Assembly: GCA_963748865.1 (NCBI GenBank)
Contig: CAVVLE010000050.1
Coordinates: 148,360-212,359, forward strand
Direction: 5' to 3'
Source: an uncultured Acidobacteriota bacterium
GTDB lineage: Bacteria; Acidobacteriota; Terriglobia; Acidiferrales; UBA7541
Length of the DNA stretch: 64,000 nucleotides
Part shown: positions 1 to 11,700 of the stretch, piece after piece
Layout: each line of letters starts with the position of its first letter
Position numbering within the stretch: position 1 is the first letter of the stretch
Translations under genes and position numbers: made by a program
The notes under the pieces: generated by a model
The model's database searches: none
The model's input: only the letters and a program-made list of their open reading frames with translations
Told to the model about the DNA's origin: nothing

Positions 1-231
1 TTGCTTTAGCGCTGTGCGGATTAACTCTTGAAGTTGCGGGTCTTGGAAGACCTGCCACCAGGGAAGATCAGCATAGGACACTGCCTGCGCCTGGACCTGC
101 GGGTTTTCGCTGAGGTCGCGGTACGCTGTTGGGGTTTGAACGTCTGGCCGATGATAGTTCGGACCGACCGCGCAGCCAGCCAGAAGCGCCATAGCCATCA
201 CGCCGACAATATATTGAGTTAGCTTCTCCAT
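1..231 (-). CDS. RND-efflux outer membrane factor lipoprotein (NodT/OprM family); only the 5' part is in the window
   Basis: This ORF is not in the ORF track because it has no stop in the window. My own minus-strand translation from the ATG at 231 gives MEKLTQYIVGVMAMALLAGCAVGPNYHRPDVQTPTAYRDLSENPQ... It has a lipobox (LLAGC) followed by the GPNY.RP motif typical of NodT-family OMFs. It lies 44 nt downstream of the RND pump gene on the same strand. Confidence 0.75.
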   Translation of the reverse strand, partial: MEKLTQYIVGVMAMALLAGCAVGPNYHRPDVQTPTAYRDLSENPQVQAQAVSYADLPWWQVFQDPQLQELIRTALKQ

Positions 232-275
232 CGGTCGCTCTGCGATTTTTCCAGCGCCTGTCGCGGCGGTTCATC

Positions 276-3200
276 TCAATCCCCCGGTGCCGGAGCGGGC
301 GTTGCCGGCAACGATCCTGGAGCATGCTCCTTCCCGGCGCCGGACCATTTCTCCACCATGTAGAAAATCCCGGGGACGAAGAAGATTCCGATCAGACTGG
401 CGGCCAGCATCCCGCCGATCACCGTTGTACCCATGATTTGGCGAGCAACGGCACCGGCGCCACTCGCAATCCACAGCGGCACGCATCCGAGAATAAACGC
501 GAATGAAGTCATCAAAATCGGCCGCAGGCGAAGCCTGGCTCCCGCGAGCGCGGCATCTGCCAGAGGTTTTCCGCCGTCGTATTCGTCCTTGGCGAACTCG
601 ACGATCAAGATCGCGTTCTTCGCAGCCAAACCGATCAGCATGACCAGCCCGATTTGCGAGTAGATATCGGTCTCTATTTGGTTCAAATACGGTGGAAAGA
701 AAAGCGCGATTAGTACGCGACGCAGCAACAGGATTCCAAAGGCTCCGAAAATTGCCACCGGCGTGCTCAAGAGCACGCTGAACGGCAGCGTCCAGCTTTC
801 GTACAGCGCCGCCAGAATCAGGAAGACGAACAGCAGCGAAAGCCCGAAGATCACCGACGGGGGGAACTCCTTGCCGCGCTTTCTGCTCCTGAAAGGAGAT
901 GCCGGAGTAATCGAAGCCCATCTCGCGCGGCATCGTCTGCTTGAAAACGTCTTCGAGAGCCGCCGTGGCCTGATCCGCACTGTAGCCGGGCGCGGCGCTG
1001 CCGTTAATTTGCGCTGAACGGTATTCGTTGAAGCGCAACGTAAATTCGGGACCGAGACGCGACTCCACCGTGGTCAGCGTGGATAGGGGAACGTTTTCTC
1101 CCTTATTGTTGCGCACGTAGAAGCGCCCGACGTTTTCCGACTTGGCGCGGTCTTCGGCTTCCGCTTCGATATAGACTTGCCACTGGCGGCCAAAGCGATT
1201 GAAGTAGTTGATGAAATATCCGCCCATGAAGGCCTGAATCGTACGGTACACATCGCTCAGCGCCACACCTTGCTTCAGCACTTTGTCGCGGTCCACTCGT
1301 ACAAACTGCTGCGGCACGCTGGCCAAAAAAGTGGTGCTGAGGCTGGCGATTTCCGGCCTCTTCCGCGCCGCATCGAGAAAAGTGCTCAAGTTTTTCGCGA
1401 GAAATTGAAGATCGCCGCCCGAACGGTCTTCGAGAATGAACGTGAAGCCGCCTGCAGTGCCGACACCCGGAATGGCGGGCGGAGAAAAACCGAAAGCAAC
1501 CGCCGCCGGCAATTTGCTTAATTGCTGGTTCAGATGCGCCTTGAGCGTTTGAAATTGCTGCGCTCGCGACGTGCGCTCATCCCAGGGCTTGAAAGTCACG
1601 AAAAAAGGTCGAGTTGTAACTGGTGCGCACAAAGCTGAGCAAACTAAAGCCGACAAAGGTGGTCACGTGCTCAACGCCCGGCGTGTTCATCAGGATTTTT
1701 TCCACATCGCCAGTGACGTCCGTGGTGCGTTCCAGCGACGCTCCATTCGGCAGTTGCACGTTGACGTAGGCGTAGCCTTGGTCTTCGTCCGGAAGGAAGC
1801 TCGACGGAATGCGGTTGGCAAAAAAGAAGCCCGCAGCGCAAAAGCCCACGAGCAGTACAACCACTACGACGGTCTTTTGAAGCAAAACTGCGCTCCAACG
1901 CACATAGCCCTCTGTCGCTTTTTCAAAGACGCCGTTGAACCAATCAAAAAATCTTCGCAAGAGCCCGCGGCTCGGTTCTTTCGGCTTCAGCAGCAGGGCT
2001 GCCAGAGCCGGACTGAGCGTCAGCGCATTAAACGCGGAAAGCAGAACGGAAATCGCGATGGTGACGGCGAATTGCTGGTAGAGCTTGCCGGTGATTCCGG
2101 GAATGAAAGCAGTTGGCACAAACACGGCGGAGAGAACCAGAGCGATGCCGACTACCGGCCCGGAGAGTTCTTCCATCGCTTTCAACGCCGCGTTTTTCGG
2201 CGTCATGCCCTCTTCGATGTGGCGCTCAACGCCTTCCACCACGACGATGGCGTCGTCCACCACTAGACCTATGGCCAGCACAAGACCGAAGAGAGAAAGC
2301 GTGTTGATGGAAAAACCGAACACCGGAAAGAGAATGAATGTGCCGACGAGCGAACACGGGCACGGCCAGCAGCGGAATCAACGTGGCGCGCCAGCCCTGC
2401 AAGAAGATGTACACCACGAGGATCACCAGCGCGAGGGCGATCAAAAGCGTTATGACGATTTCCTTAATTCCTTGCGTGACCGCGCGCGTGGTATCCAGCG
2501 CCACATCGAAATCCAAGTCTTCCGGGAAACGCTCCTTCATCTGCGCCATGAGCTTCTTGACCCCGGCGGCAGCATCGACCGCGTTCGACCCCGGCAGTTG
2601 ATAAGCGGCAATGACGGCGCTCGGCTTGCCATTGTAGCGTCCAGCGACGCTATAGTCCTGGGAGCCCAGCTCGATTCGCGCGACATCGCGAACCCGGACA
2701 ATTCCCCCGTCGGGAGTCTCGCGCACGACGATCTGCCCGAATTCTTCCGGGGACGTAAGCCGGCCTTGCGTCAGAACCGAGTAGGTAAATTCCGTGCCTT
2801 TGGGCGCCGGTTCGCCGCCAGCCTTACCGGCCGGGTTAACCGTATTCTGCGCTTGAATCGCGTTCACGATTTCCGTGACGGTGATGCCCAGCTTTGCCAA
2901 AGTGTCGGGTTTTACCCACAAGCGCATCGCGTATTGGCCCGCGCCGAACACTTGGACGTTGCCGATGCCCGGCGAACGCAAGACGGGATCTGCAAGATTG
3001 ATGTAGGCATAGTTGGCGAGGAACTTGGAATCGTAGGTTCCATGCGGCGAGTACACGGCGATTAGCACCAGAGGAGCGGTAACGGACTTTCGAACCAGCA
3101 CTCCATAATTGTTGACGTCCGCGGGAAGCTGAGAGGCAGCCAGCGTTTCACGGCTTTGCGCCAGGATGTAATCGGTATTCGGATCGGTTTTCGCGTCGAA

Positions 3201-3482
3201 GTCCACGATCAAGCTGGTGGTCGAGTTGCCGGTGGCATTCAGCGAATACATGTAATTCATGTTGTCCACGCCGTTCATCTGTTGCTCGATGGGAGTGGCA
3301 ACCGACTGCTCCAGGGTTTGCGCATCCGCTCCGATATAGGTCGCAACAATTTGAATCTCGGGCGGAGCGATGTTGGGAAATTGCGCGACGGGCAAACTCA
3401 GTATGGTGAGGCCGCCGACAATCACCAGGACAATGGAAATCACCATGGCGACGATGGGGCGATTGATAAAAAACTTTGACAT
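276..3482 (-). pseudogene. RND (AcrB/HAE1-type) inner-membrane efflux permease, interrupted by three +1 frameshifts
   Basis: Four consecutive minus-strand ORFs together read as one AcrB-like protein: 2226..3482, 1577..2323, 271..1656 and 276..980. The recognisable stretches are MSKFFINRPIVAMV..., ...GFSINTLSLFGLVLAIGLVVDDAIVVVE..., ...FVTFKPWDERTS... and ...LAALYESWTLPFSVLL...AKNAILIVEFA... The frame changes at about 2351-2356, at the A6 run 1601-1606 and at about 874-879. Removing one base at each site gives ...LLAVPVSLVGTFILFPVFGFSI..., ...SYNSTFFVTFKPWDE... and ...SFQEQKAGKEFPPSVIFGL... Confidence 0.85.
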
Positions 3483-3486
3483 GGGA

Positions 3487-4692
3487 TTACTTTCCCTGCG
3501 TTGCTGTGGCGAACGGCTTGGGGTTCACCTGCATCCCGGGACGAACCTTCTGTATGCCTTCGGCTACCACTCGCTCACTCGGTTTCAACCCGTCCGCGAT
3601 AATCCAGTCGTTCCCTACGCGGTCGCCCACATTCACCGTCCGAATGTTCACTTTGTTCTCGCCGTCCACGACGGCTACTTGATAGCTGCCTTGCAGCTCG
3701 GAGACGGCGCGCTGAGGCACCAGCAATGCGTCCTGTTGCACGCGGATCACTGCGCGAACTTTGCCGTAACCTCCAGGACGCAGGATATTTCCGGGATTGG
3801 GGAACAACCCGGCGATGCGAATTGCTCCTGTACTCTCGTTTACCTGGCGGTCGGCAAAGTAGAACGTGCCGTCCTGTGGATAAACAGAACCGTCGGCCAA
3901 AATTAGCTCCAGGCGCAAATTCTTGTCAGCCGCTTCCCGCGAAGTCTCCGTCGGAAACCGTTTTCTCCAGCCGAGGTACTGCGGCTCGCTTACCGTGAAA
4001 TAGACCTTGATGGGATCAACGGTGGACACGGAAGTCACAGGTCCGCTGCTGGGATTGACCAGCGCACCGACTTGCAACTGCGCCTGCCCGGCAATGCCGT
4101 CGATGGGCGCAACGAGTCGCGTGAAATCAAGATTGATCTTGGCCGTTTCGACGGCCGCCTCAGCCGTCTTGATTTGAGCCTCCGCCGTCGCGACCGTAGC
4201 CTTGGCCGCTAGATTGTTCTGAATGGCGTTATCCAGATCCTGTTGGCTGGCGGCCTGTTCCCGCGCCAGCGGAGTGTAGCGATTGACGTCCAGTTCGGTT
4301 CTCTTTTGCACCGCTTCGGCATTGGCGAGCTGGGCGGTGGCTTGCGCCAGTTGCCCCTTCGCTTGATCCAACGCCGCTTGGAAGGGTCGCGGATCGATCT
4401 CGAAAAGCAACTGTCCCTTGCTGACGTACGCTCCTTCTTGGTAGCCCTGACGCACGAGGTAGCCGGTGACCTGCGCCCGGACGTCGGCATTGGTGAATCC
4501 GTCGAGCGTGCCGATCCACTCGCCATAAATCGGGACATCCTTCTGCTCAACCTGCACGACTTCCACGTCCGGAGACGCACCCGGCTGCGCACCGGCCACG
4601 TGCCTCGGGCGGATCGCTCCGATAATCAGGCCGATGACCACAACGCAAAATGCTCCGCCGATCCAGAACTTATATTTCCAAAGCGTGTTCAT
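3487..4692 (-). CDS. RND efflux periplasmic adaptor (AcrA/MexA-type membrane fusion protein)
   Basis: This corresponds to ORF 3487..4722. The internal ATG at 4692 (MNTLWKYKFWIGGAF...) is preceded by GGGGGA. The protein has an N-terminal TM anchor, a coiled-coil region (QAALDQAKGQLAQATAQLANAEA...) and a beta-barrel C-terminal part typical of the HlyD_D23 family. Its stop lies 4 nt before the RND start codon. Confidence 0.85.
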   Translation of the reverse strand: MNTLWKYKFWIGGAFCVVVIGLIIGAIRPRHVAGAQPGASPDVEVVQVEQKDVPIYGEWIGTLDGFTNADVRAQVTGYLVRQGYQEGAYVSKGQLLFEIDPRPFQAALDQAKGQLAQATAQLANAEAVQKRTELDVNRYTPLAREQAASQQDLDNAIQNNLAAKATVATAEAQIKTAEAAVETAKINLDFTRLVAPIDGIAGQAQLQVGALVNPSSGPVTSVSTVDPIKVYFTVSEPQYLGWRKRFPTETSREAADKNLRLELILADGSVYPQDGTFYFADRQVNESTGAIRIAGLFPNPGNILRPGGYGKVRAVIRVQQDALLVPQRAVSELQGSYQVAVVDGENKVNIRTVNVGDRVGNDWIIADGLKPSERVVAEGIQKVRPGMQVNPKPFATATQGK

Positions 4693-4939
4693 CTTTTCCC
4701 CCAACGGCGTCCGCCGATGCAAGGATCCGTGAATGAAGTTGCTGCGGTGAAATAGTCTGACTAAACGAGGCGCGGGTACTTTGGCTCAAGCGTAAACGAA
4801 AGTCAACGGCAGTGCCGCGCTTCGAGCCTGGTCGCAAATCTGATTGTGTGTCCCGTGGCGACCGCGCCGCCCAACCCTCGATTGGATGCTCCTCACGGAC
4901 GCTTAGACACATTGTTTTCTTAGGGAGGACAGGGCGGGG

Positions 4940-5563
4940 CTAGGGGTCACGGTCGGGTTCCGCGATGCCGCGATAAACATACGTCATCGGTTTAGGGCCG
5001 GGCAGATAAAAATTGCGGAGCTCCACGATTTCAAAGCCGGCGCCGGAGATTAAGGCATCGATCTTCTTGTTAAGGCAACAACCCCCGCCGATGTGCCTCC
5101 ACAGCGGAGTCAGGCGGTTTTGCCATGAACGCACGTTCGGTTCCGCTGCGAGGCCGTGTTCAAGATAAAGCAGGCGGCCGTCGGGCTTGAGCACTCGTCT
5201 CATCTCTTGTAGTGCGGCCTGATCTCCCGCGATAGAACAGAGCGCGAAAGTCATGACCACGGTGTCCACAGAGTGGTCTGCAAGAGGGATTTTCTCCGCT
5301 GTTTGGCTAAGGAGCGTAACCGGAAACGGCGCTCCTTCAATTCTTTGTCGCGCTATTTTCAAGAGTTCGGGAGATGAATCGATTCCGTAGAGCTGTTTCA
5401 ACCGGGTGGAATAGTAGGGAAGGTTTAAGGCCGAGCCAATCCCCACTTCCAGAACGATTCCTTCTGCCGCAGGAACCACCTGCCCGCGCAGCTTTGCAAC
5501 GTCTTTGTTACTGCAAGCCGTATCGATCAGCCAGGGCAGAACGTATCTGGAATAAAATCCCAT
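4940..5563 (-). CDS. class I SAM-dependent methyltransferase (Methyltransf_11-like)
   Basis: The ORF encodes 207 aa. Motif I reads VLEVGIGSALN, and the post-I and motif II regions read YGIDSSPELL and DTVVMTFALCS. The substrate cannot be inferred. Confidence 0.7.
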   Translation of the reverse strand: MGFYSRYVLPWLIDTACSNKDVAKLRGQVVPAAEGIVLEVGIGSALNLPYYSTRLKQLYGIDSSPELLKIARQRIEGAPFPVTLLSQTAEKIPLADHSVDTVVMTFALCSIAGDQAALQEMRRVLKPDGRLLYLEHGLAAEPNVRSWQNRLTPLWRHIGGGCCLNKKIDALISGAGFEIVELRNFYLPGPKPMTYVYRGIAEPDRDP

Positions 5564-5699
5564 TGCTTGGCCGCCGCGCGACTATAGCACCGCTTCGCCG
5601 CTCCCACTCAACACGGACACGGCTAGAGCAAAGAGCACAGTCTTATCTAAGATTGCTGACTCACGTCGGAACGGGCATTCCGGTGTTAGGAACAAAGTA

Positions 5700-5723
5700 G
5701 CGCGCGAGCGTAAGCCCGCGCGC
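5700..5723 (-). terminator. putative intrinsic terminator downstream of the giant surface-protein gene
   Basis: A 7-bp all-GC stem pairs GCGCGCG (5700-5706) with CGCGCGC (5717-5723) around a 10-nt loop. It lies about 27 nt after the stop codon. On the transcribed (minus) strand it is followed by TACTTTGTT. Confidence 0.4.
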
Positions 5724-5750
5724 CAACCCGCGAAGAATTGAAGAACCGAA

Positions 5751-8700
5751 TCAGTTGCCGTTGCCCGAGAGCGGAACGCTCTGCGGGCTGTTCCGCGCGT
5801 TATCAGTAATCTGCACGCTGCCGGATTTCGAGCCCTTGGATGTGGGAGTGAAATTCACTTCCATAATGCAGGTTCCACCCGGCGTGAGGCTCGTCGTCTT
5901 CGTGCACGTAGTGCCGGTCGCGAACGCGAAATTGCCACTAATGCTCAGGCCTGAGAGAGTGAGCGTGGTTGTGCCAGTGTTCTTCAGCGTAACCGGTTTC
6001 GCCGCGCTAGTTGTTCCCGTTTTCTGATTGCCGAAATTGAGGCTGGACGGGCTCAGCGACGCGACCGGATTGATCACCGTTGCGGACATCAGGATCATCT
6101 GCGGGCTGCCGGACGCGTTGTCAGCGATCACCAGGTTTGCAGCGTGCGTCTTGGTGACGTTCGAGTCGGCCGTGAAGCTCATGATGATCGGGCAGCTCTT
6201 GCCGGCGTTGAGTGTCTTGGGGCAGAACTCGATGCCGAGGAAGCCCGTCGAATCATCGCCGGAAATGGAGCCGACGCTGAAGCTGGTGAAGGTGACCATG
6301 GAAGTGCCGGTGTTGGTGATGGTCATCGACAACAAACTGGTGTTGCCGACGTAAACGGTACCGAAGTTGAGGCTCGAGGGCGTGAACTTCAGCGTCGAGC
6401 CGGCCGAGTTTACGGTGAGACTGCCGGTACCGGTGCTCGGGCCAAAGTTCCCTTGCGCCGCATAGCTCGCGCTCAAGGTGTAGGTGCCGGGAGACGGACT
6501 CGTCAGCGTGAACGTAGCGACGCCGCCTGATAATGTGCCGTTCATCGGCGTTCCACTGCCAACCGTCAACGATACGTTTCCTGCCGGCGTGCCAGCCGAT
6601 GAGCTAACCGTTACCTTGATGGTCGCGTTCGCGGGATACGTCACGGCCGGCGCGCTGATGCTGATGCTTGTGCCAGCCGGGTTCACTGTGAGCGATCCTG
6701 CCGCGGGGCCGCTTGCGCCAAAGTTCCCTTGCGCCCCATAGCTCGCGCTTAACGTATAGGTGGCCGCGTTGAGACTGGAGATGGTGAATGTTGCGACGCC
6801 GCTGGACAGCGGCGCAGTCAGTGGCGAGCCGCCGTTCAGAGTCAACGTGACGTTACCGGTGGGCGTAACCGACGCCGAACTAACAGTCACTTTCACCACG
6901 GCATTGGCCGGATACGTAACTGCCGGCGAACTGGTGATGCTGGTGCTCGTGGATGCCGGGTTGACCATCAGCGTACCCGTTGCCGGTCCGCTTGCACCGT
7001 AGCTCCCTTGCGCCGCGTAGCTGGCGCTCAAGGTGTGAGAACCCGCATTGAGGCCGGTGATCGTGAATGTTGCAACGCCGCTCGCGTTCAGCGGCGCCGA
7101 TAGAGACGCGCCGCCGTCAACGCTCAACGTTGCGTTTCCGCTCGGGGTTCCGGACGTGGCGCTGACGGTCACTTGCACCACTTCGGCCGCCGGATAAGTA
7201 ACCGCCGGCGAGCTGGTGATGCTCGTGGTGGTCATGATGCCGGTGACGTTGAAGGTGTACATCTGCTGGACGGACGTCACGCTGTTGGTGGCCGTGAACG
7301 TGACTGGATACGTGCCAGGAGTGGTGGGAATTCCGCCGAGTACGCCCGAGAAAAGATTCAATATCATTCCCGGAGGCAGCGTGCCGCTCTCGCTCAACGC
7401 AGGCGGCGGGAAACCCGCGGGCGATACGATAAAGCTTCCTGCGGTTCCATTGGTGAGGCCGACCGTCGTGCCCGTGAGTGTACATGCGGTACCGGACGTG
7501 CAAGCTCCGCTAATCGTTGGTGCAGTCAGCGTCGGCGGACCCTGCGTTACGGTTCCTGTGCCCTGGCTTGTAGGTGGGAACGCGACGTTGACGTCATTGA
7601 ACTGGCGGGTGGTGCCGCCGATTCCGGAGTCAATCGGTTCCGTGGGATTGTAGTAAGTGGTGATGTTGAAATCGAATTGGCAGAAAATCGGCGGATTCGT
7701 CGGGCCGCTTTCCGTTAGCATCGCAGTGGAGCAGTCGGTTCCCCACGGCTTGCCGCTGCCGGTGTTGTCGTAATCCGGATCGTCGTAAAGCTGCGGCGTG
7801 CTGCCCGCCCAATACGATGTCGGCACGAAAGTGTCGTCGTTCCACGTGATTACCCACTCGACGGGACCGAGGTATGACGTTGTCGGGGGTTCGCCGCCGT
7901 CAACCGTGCCTGTGCTATTGATTTCGTAGTGCACACAGTTGCCGTTCGCGTAGGGATAGCACAGCGGAACAATCGTGTCGCCATTCGGGGCCATGCCGTC
8001 GCCAAAGAAGCTGACGTAGCGGCAATCGAAGTCCGTGGTCACAGTGCCGGTGGATGGGCAGCGGCCGTTGGCTTGTAGCGAGGAAACTTCTGTTTGGATG
8101 ACGTAAACGGTGAAGGCTGACGAAACTCCCTGCACTGTCAACGCCAGCGCGTTTCCGTTCGGATCGGTGCAAGGATCCGTGGTGCAGTTGAACGTTGCCT
8201 CCTGCGTTTCAGGTGTCGTACTCGTCCCGAAATTAAGAGGCGTCACAACCTGCGGGGCAACAAAGTCCGCGAGGACAGTCATCGACGAACTCAGAGTCAA
8301 CGAGCAAGTTGTTGACATGCCGGCGCTAGCGCAGTCCCCGCCCCATCCACCGAACGTGCCATTCGTCGTATTGGCTGTCAGCGTGACTGGCGTGCCAGGG
8401 CTGTAGTCGGCAAAGCAAGTTCCTGACTGCGCGCCAGCCGAGTCGGTACAGTCGATATACGACTGGTTGTCGGTCACAGTGCCAGTGCCCGTGCCGAGTG
8501 TGATGACGTTGACACCCAACGGCGCGAGAGCCCAGAACGAGCCGGACGAAGTGGTGGTGACCAGTGTGGCCGCACCCGTCGAAGTGTTGAGCGAGTAAAT
8601 GGACCATGGACCGCTCGCCGAGCCCGAGCCCGCATAGAGAACGCCGTTCTCAAAAACCATCGCGCCCAAGACAACAGCGCCGGTGTTGCCAATCAGGGTT

Positions 8701-11700
8701 GCGGCTCCTGTAATCGTATTGATCGAATAGAGGACAGCCGGCGAAGACGGCGTCGAACTGACGGTCAGATAGAGCGTCGGCGATCCTGTTGAGAGACCCG
8801 TGAAGGTAGAGCCACCGAACGTCAGTCCCGTCGATCCGATTGTGCTCGTCGAACCTGTCGTCACGTTTACCGAATACAGGATCCCAGCCGAATCAACAGC
8901 AAAAACACCACTCGTCGTCGAACCTGTATCCCAGTAGTTGAAAGGCGCGGCCGAACCGATGGCCGTCAAGCTCCCATTCGCTGGATTTACTTGATATAGC
9001 TGGCTGCTTCCGAAACCACCACCGTACAGAGCTCCGCCGGACACGCCAAGGCCCGACAGCAGCACGTTCGGTCCCCCCGCCGTCGTTGTGCCGGACTGCG
9101 TAAACGTCCCGTTGGTCAGACCTATGGTCCCAAATTTTTCCGTGCCCAAGCCGACGTAGGCCATTGGCCCCTGCGGCCCAGTCATGAACTGAGCGGTGAC
9201 GTTTTGCGCCGCGGTCATCTGCACTGCACAGGAATTGCCGGTGCCGGAAGAAGCGCAGGCGCCACCCCAAATCACGAAGGTGCTGGGAGCGGTGGGAATC
9301 GCAGTCAAGGTGACCTGTGTCCCCGAGTTGTAGTTCACCGAGCAGGTTCCGGGTTGGGTCACGCCATTCGTCTCGCTGCAACTGAGAGTCGCGCCGTCGC
9401 CGACGGTGCCGGTGCCAGTCCCCGATAGCGTCACGGACAAGGCGTACTGCACGACGTTGGCGGTGAACGTGGCTGTTGGCGATTCCGGGCCGTAGGCGGT
9501 GTTTAAAGTACACGTGCCGGTCCCGGCGCAATTCTGGCCGGGGATGCCGGCCGCGACGCCACTCCAGCCGGTAAATGTCGAGTTCGGGCCCGCGGTAGCG
9601 GTCAGCACCACCGGTACGCCGTCAAAATTCGCGCTGCAGCTGCTCGTACAGCTGTTGATTCCCGCCGGCGACGAACTAGCCGACCCCGTTCCTGTTCCAG
9701 TAATCGTGAGATTCACGGAAGCCGGAACGACTTCCCATGTGTCGACGAAGGGCTGGCTAACGTTGCCCTGGTTGTCGACCGCCTCGATGGCGTACGCGTA
9801 ATAAGTGTTTTCCTGGAGATTGGATATCGTCGTCGGGGTAGCGCATGGCGAGTAATCCGAAGAGGGCGCCGGCGGTGTCGCGCCGCTGGCGAGCGAGCAT
9901 AGGTACGAGGTCACATTGGAATCCGTGTCAGACCAGGAGAACGTGTCGCTGGTGATGTAGCTCGGGTTGGAAGCCTCCTCATTGGGCGTCGGCATCGGCA
10001 CTGTCGTGGTGCCTCCGTTACCCGAGAGGTAGACAACCTGCGTGCTGTTGCTGATTCCCAGCGAATTGTCTGTCCACGTCAGCGTGGCTGTGGCGACGCC
10101 GGTCGCCGTCGGCTGGAACGAAACGTAAATCGTGCAGGACGCATTCGAGGTCAGCGTGCCGTTGTTGGGAGAACAGCTGCTTTGATTCGAGTCGATCACG
10201 AACTCATCGGGGTTCGCGCCGCCGATCGCGTACGAGTAGGACAGGGTCGAGGCGGCTCCGCCATTGTTGATCAGAATCGGATTCGGGCTGGGGCTCGCGC
10301 CCCCCACCGGCACGGTGCCGAAGTTCATCGGATTGTTGCTCGTGGTGGAATTGATCGTGGCGATCGGCGGCGCAACCAGGAAGCCGTACGACTGGATTGT
10401 GCCGGTCACCGGGCTGGCCTGCATGCTATAGGGCCCGGAGTTCGCCGAAGTGGCATCTTCGCCGTCGGTGGCATACGCGTACATGATGTGGAAGCCTGGC
10501 GCGAGATTCGCGGCCGTCCCTGTGAAAACATTGGCCATGGTAGTGGGTCCACCGGCAATCCAAGTTCCTTGCTGGGAGTCCACCTGGAAAAAGGCGCCGT
10601 TGACGGGCGCGGAGGTGAAATTGTTCGTGACCGTAAATGTGAACACCGGTGAGACGACGTTAGTTGTGTTTCCTGAGTTGTTCGAGTTGGCCGCGAGGCT
10701 GATGCTCGTAGTAAGACTGTCGGTTATCAGCGTGTTCTCGGTATAAACCGAAAGGGCGCCCGGATTCCCACCCTGGTAAGCGAGGGAATAAACATTTCCA
10801 GTCACAGGATTGGCGGCGATTTCGTTTGGAAGAGTGTTAACGGAACCTCCGACGGGCAAGATTCCCAACCTCGTATTTGTCGCACCGTCAAAAACTACGA
10901 CCTGAGGCCCGGGTTCGTTGTCATCGCCACCGCACAGCACGTAGTATCTGTTCGAAACGCTGTTAACGGCGAATGAAGATGGCGAAAAGCAATTGTTATT
11001 AGCGAGGTTGATGGTCGTGACCGCGTTGTTGTTCGAAGCGCTAATTATGTAGAGGAACGCCTCGGCTTCGAAAGGCTCATCGGTTACGTAAATCGTATTC
11101 GTGACCGGGTTCACCACGACGTTGGTTGGACTGCTGAGAGTGTTCGTCAGGGTGATCGGTGTGGACGAACCGGGCGTGAAGCTATCCGCGCCCTGAATCA
11201 CGTCCAATGTGCCGGAGGAACCGCCGCAGGCGACGTAGATGGTGTTCGTCACAGGGTTGACATCGGCTGCGGTCGGACCGCTGCAAGCGAGGGGGCTGCC
11301 AAAACCTCCATGGACATCTGAAACTTGAAGGGCGCCACCACTGCCGCTAAGAACCGCGTAGCTGTATCCCTGAGCCGGATTTGTCCCGATGGCGACGGGC
11401 GTTGAGCCCGCAAAGAATGAATTTGCGAAAACCGTCTGATCTCCTGTGCCGCCCCCAAACGCAAACCCCAGACTGTCGGTGGTGTCCGCACCATAAACCT
11501 GATTGAGGACCGGATTGAACGCAAGCAAATTGGGCGTAAGCTGCCCGTCGGTATTGAAGTTGACTAGAGTGACGGTGGATGGAGGCGTAGTTAGCGACGC
11601 CCCGTTGATCACACTCACCGAACTGCTGCCGGAATTCGAAACGTAAACCAGGTTATTGATGGAATCGACGACTAGCGCGTTTGGATTGGTGCCGACCAGT

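Noticed and set aside
6399-7232. A regular ~280-nt periodicity that could be mistaken for an array-type repeat such as a CRISPR or satellite.
   Set aside because: The period is far too long and there are no short direct repeats with unique spacers. The units translate in frame as three Ig-like domains of one continuous ORF. I saw no CRISPR-like array anywhere in the window.
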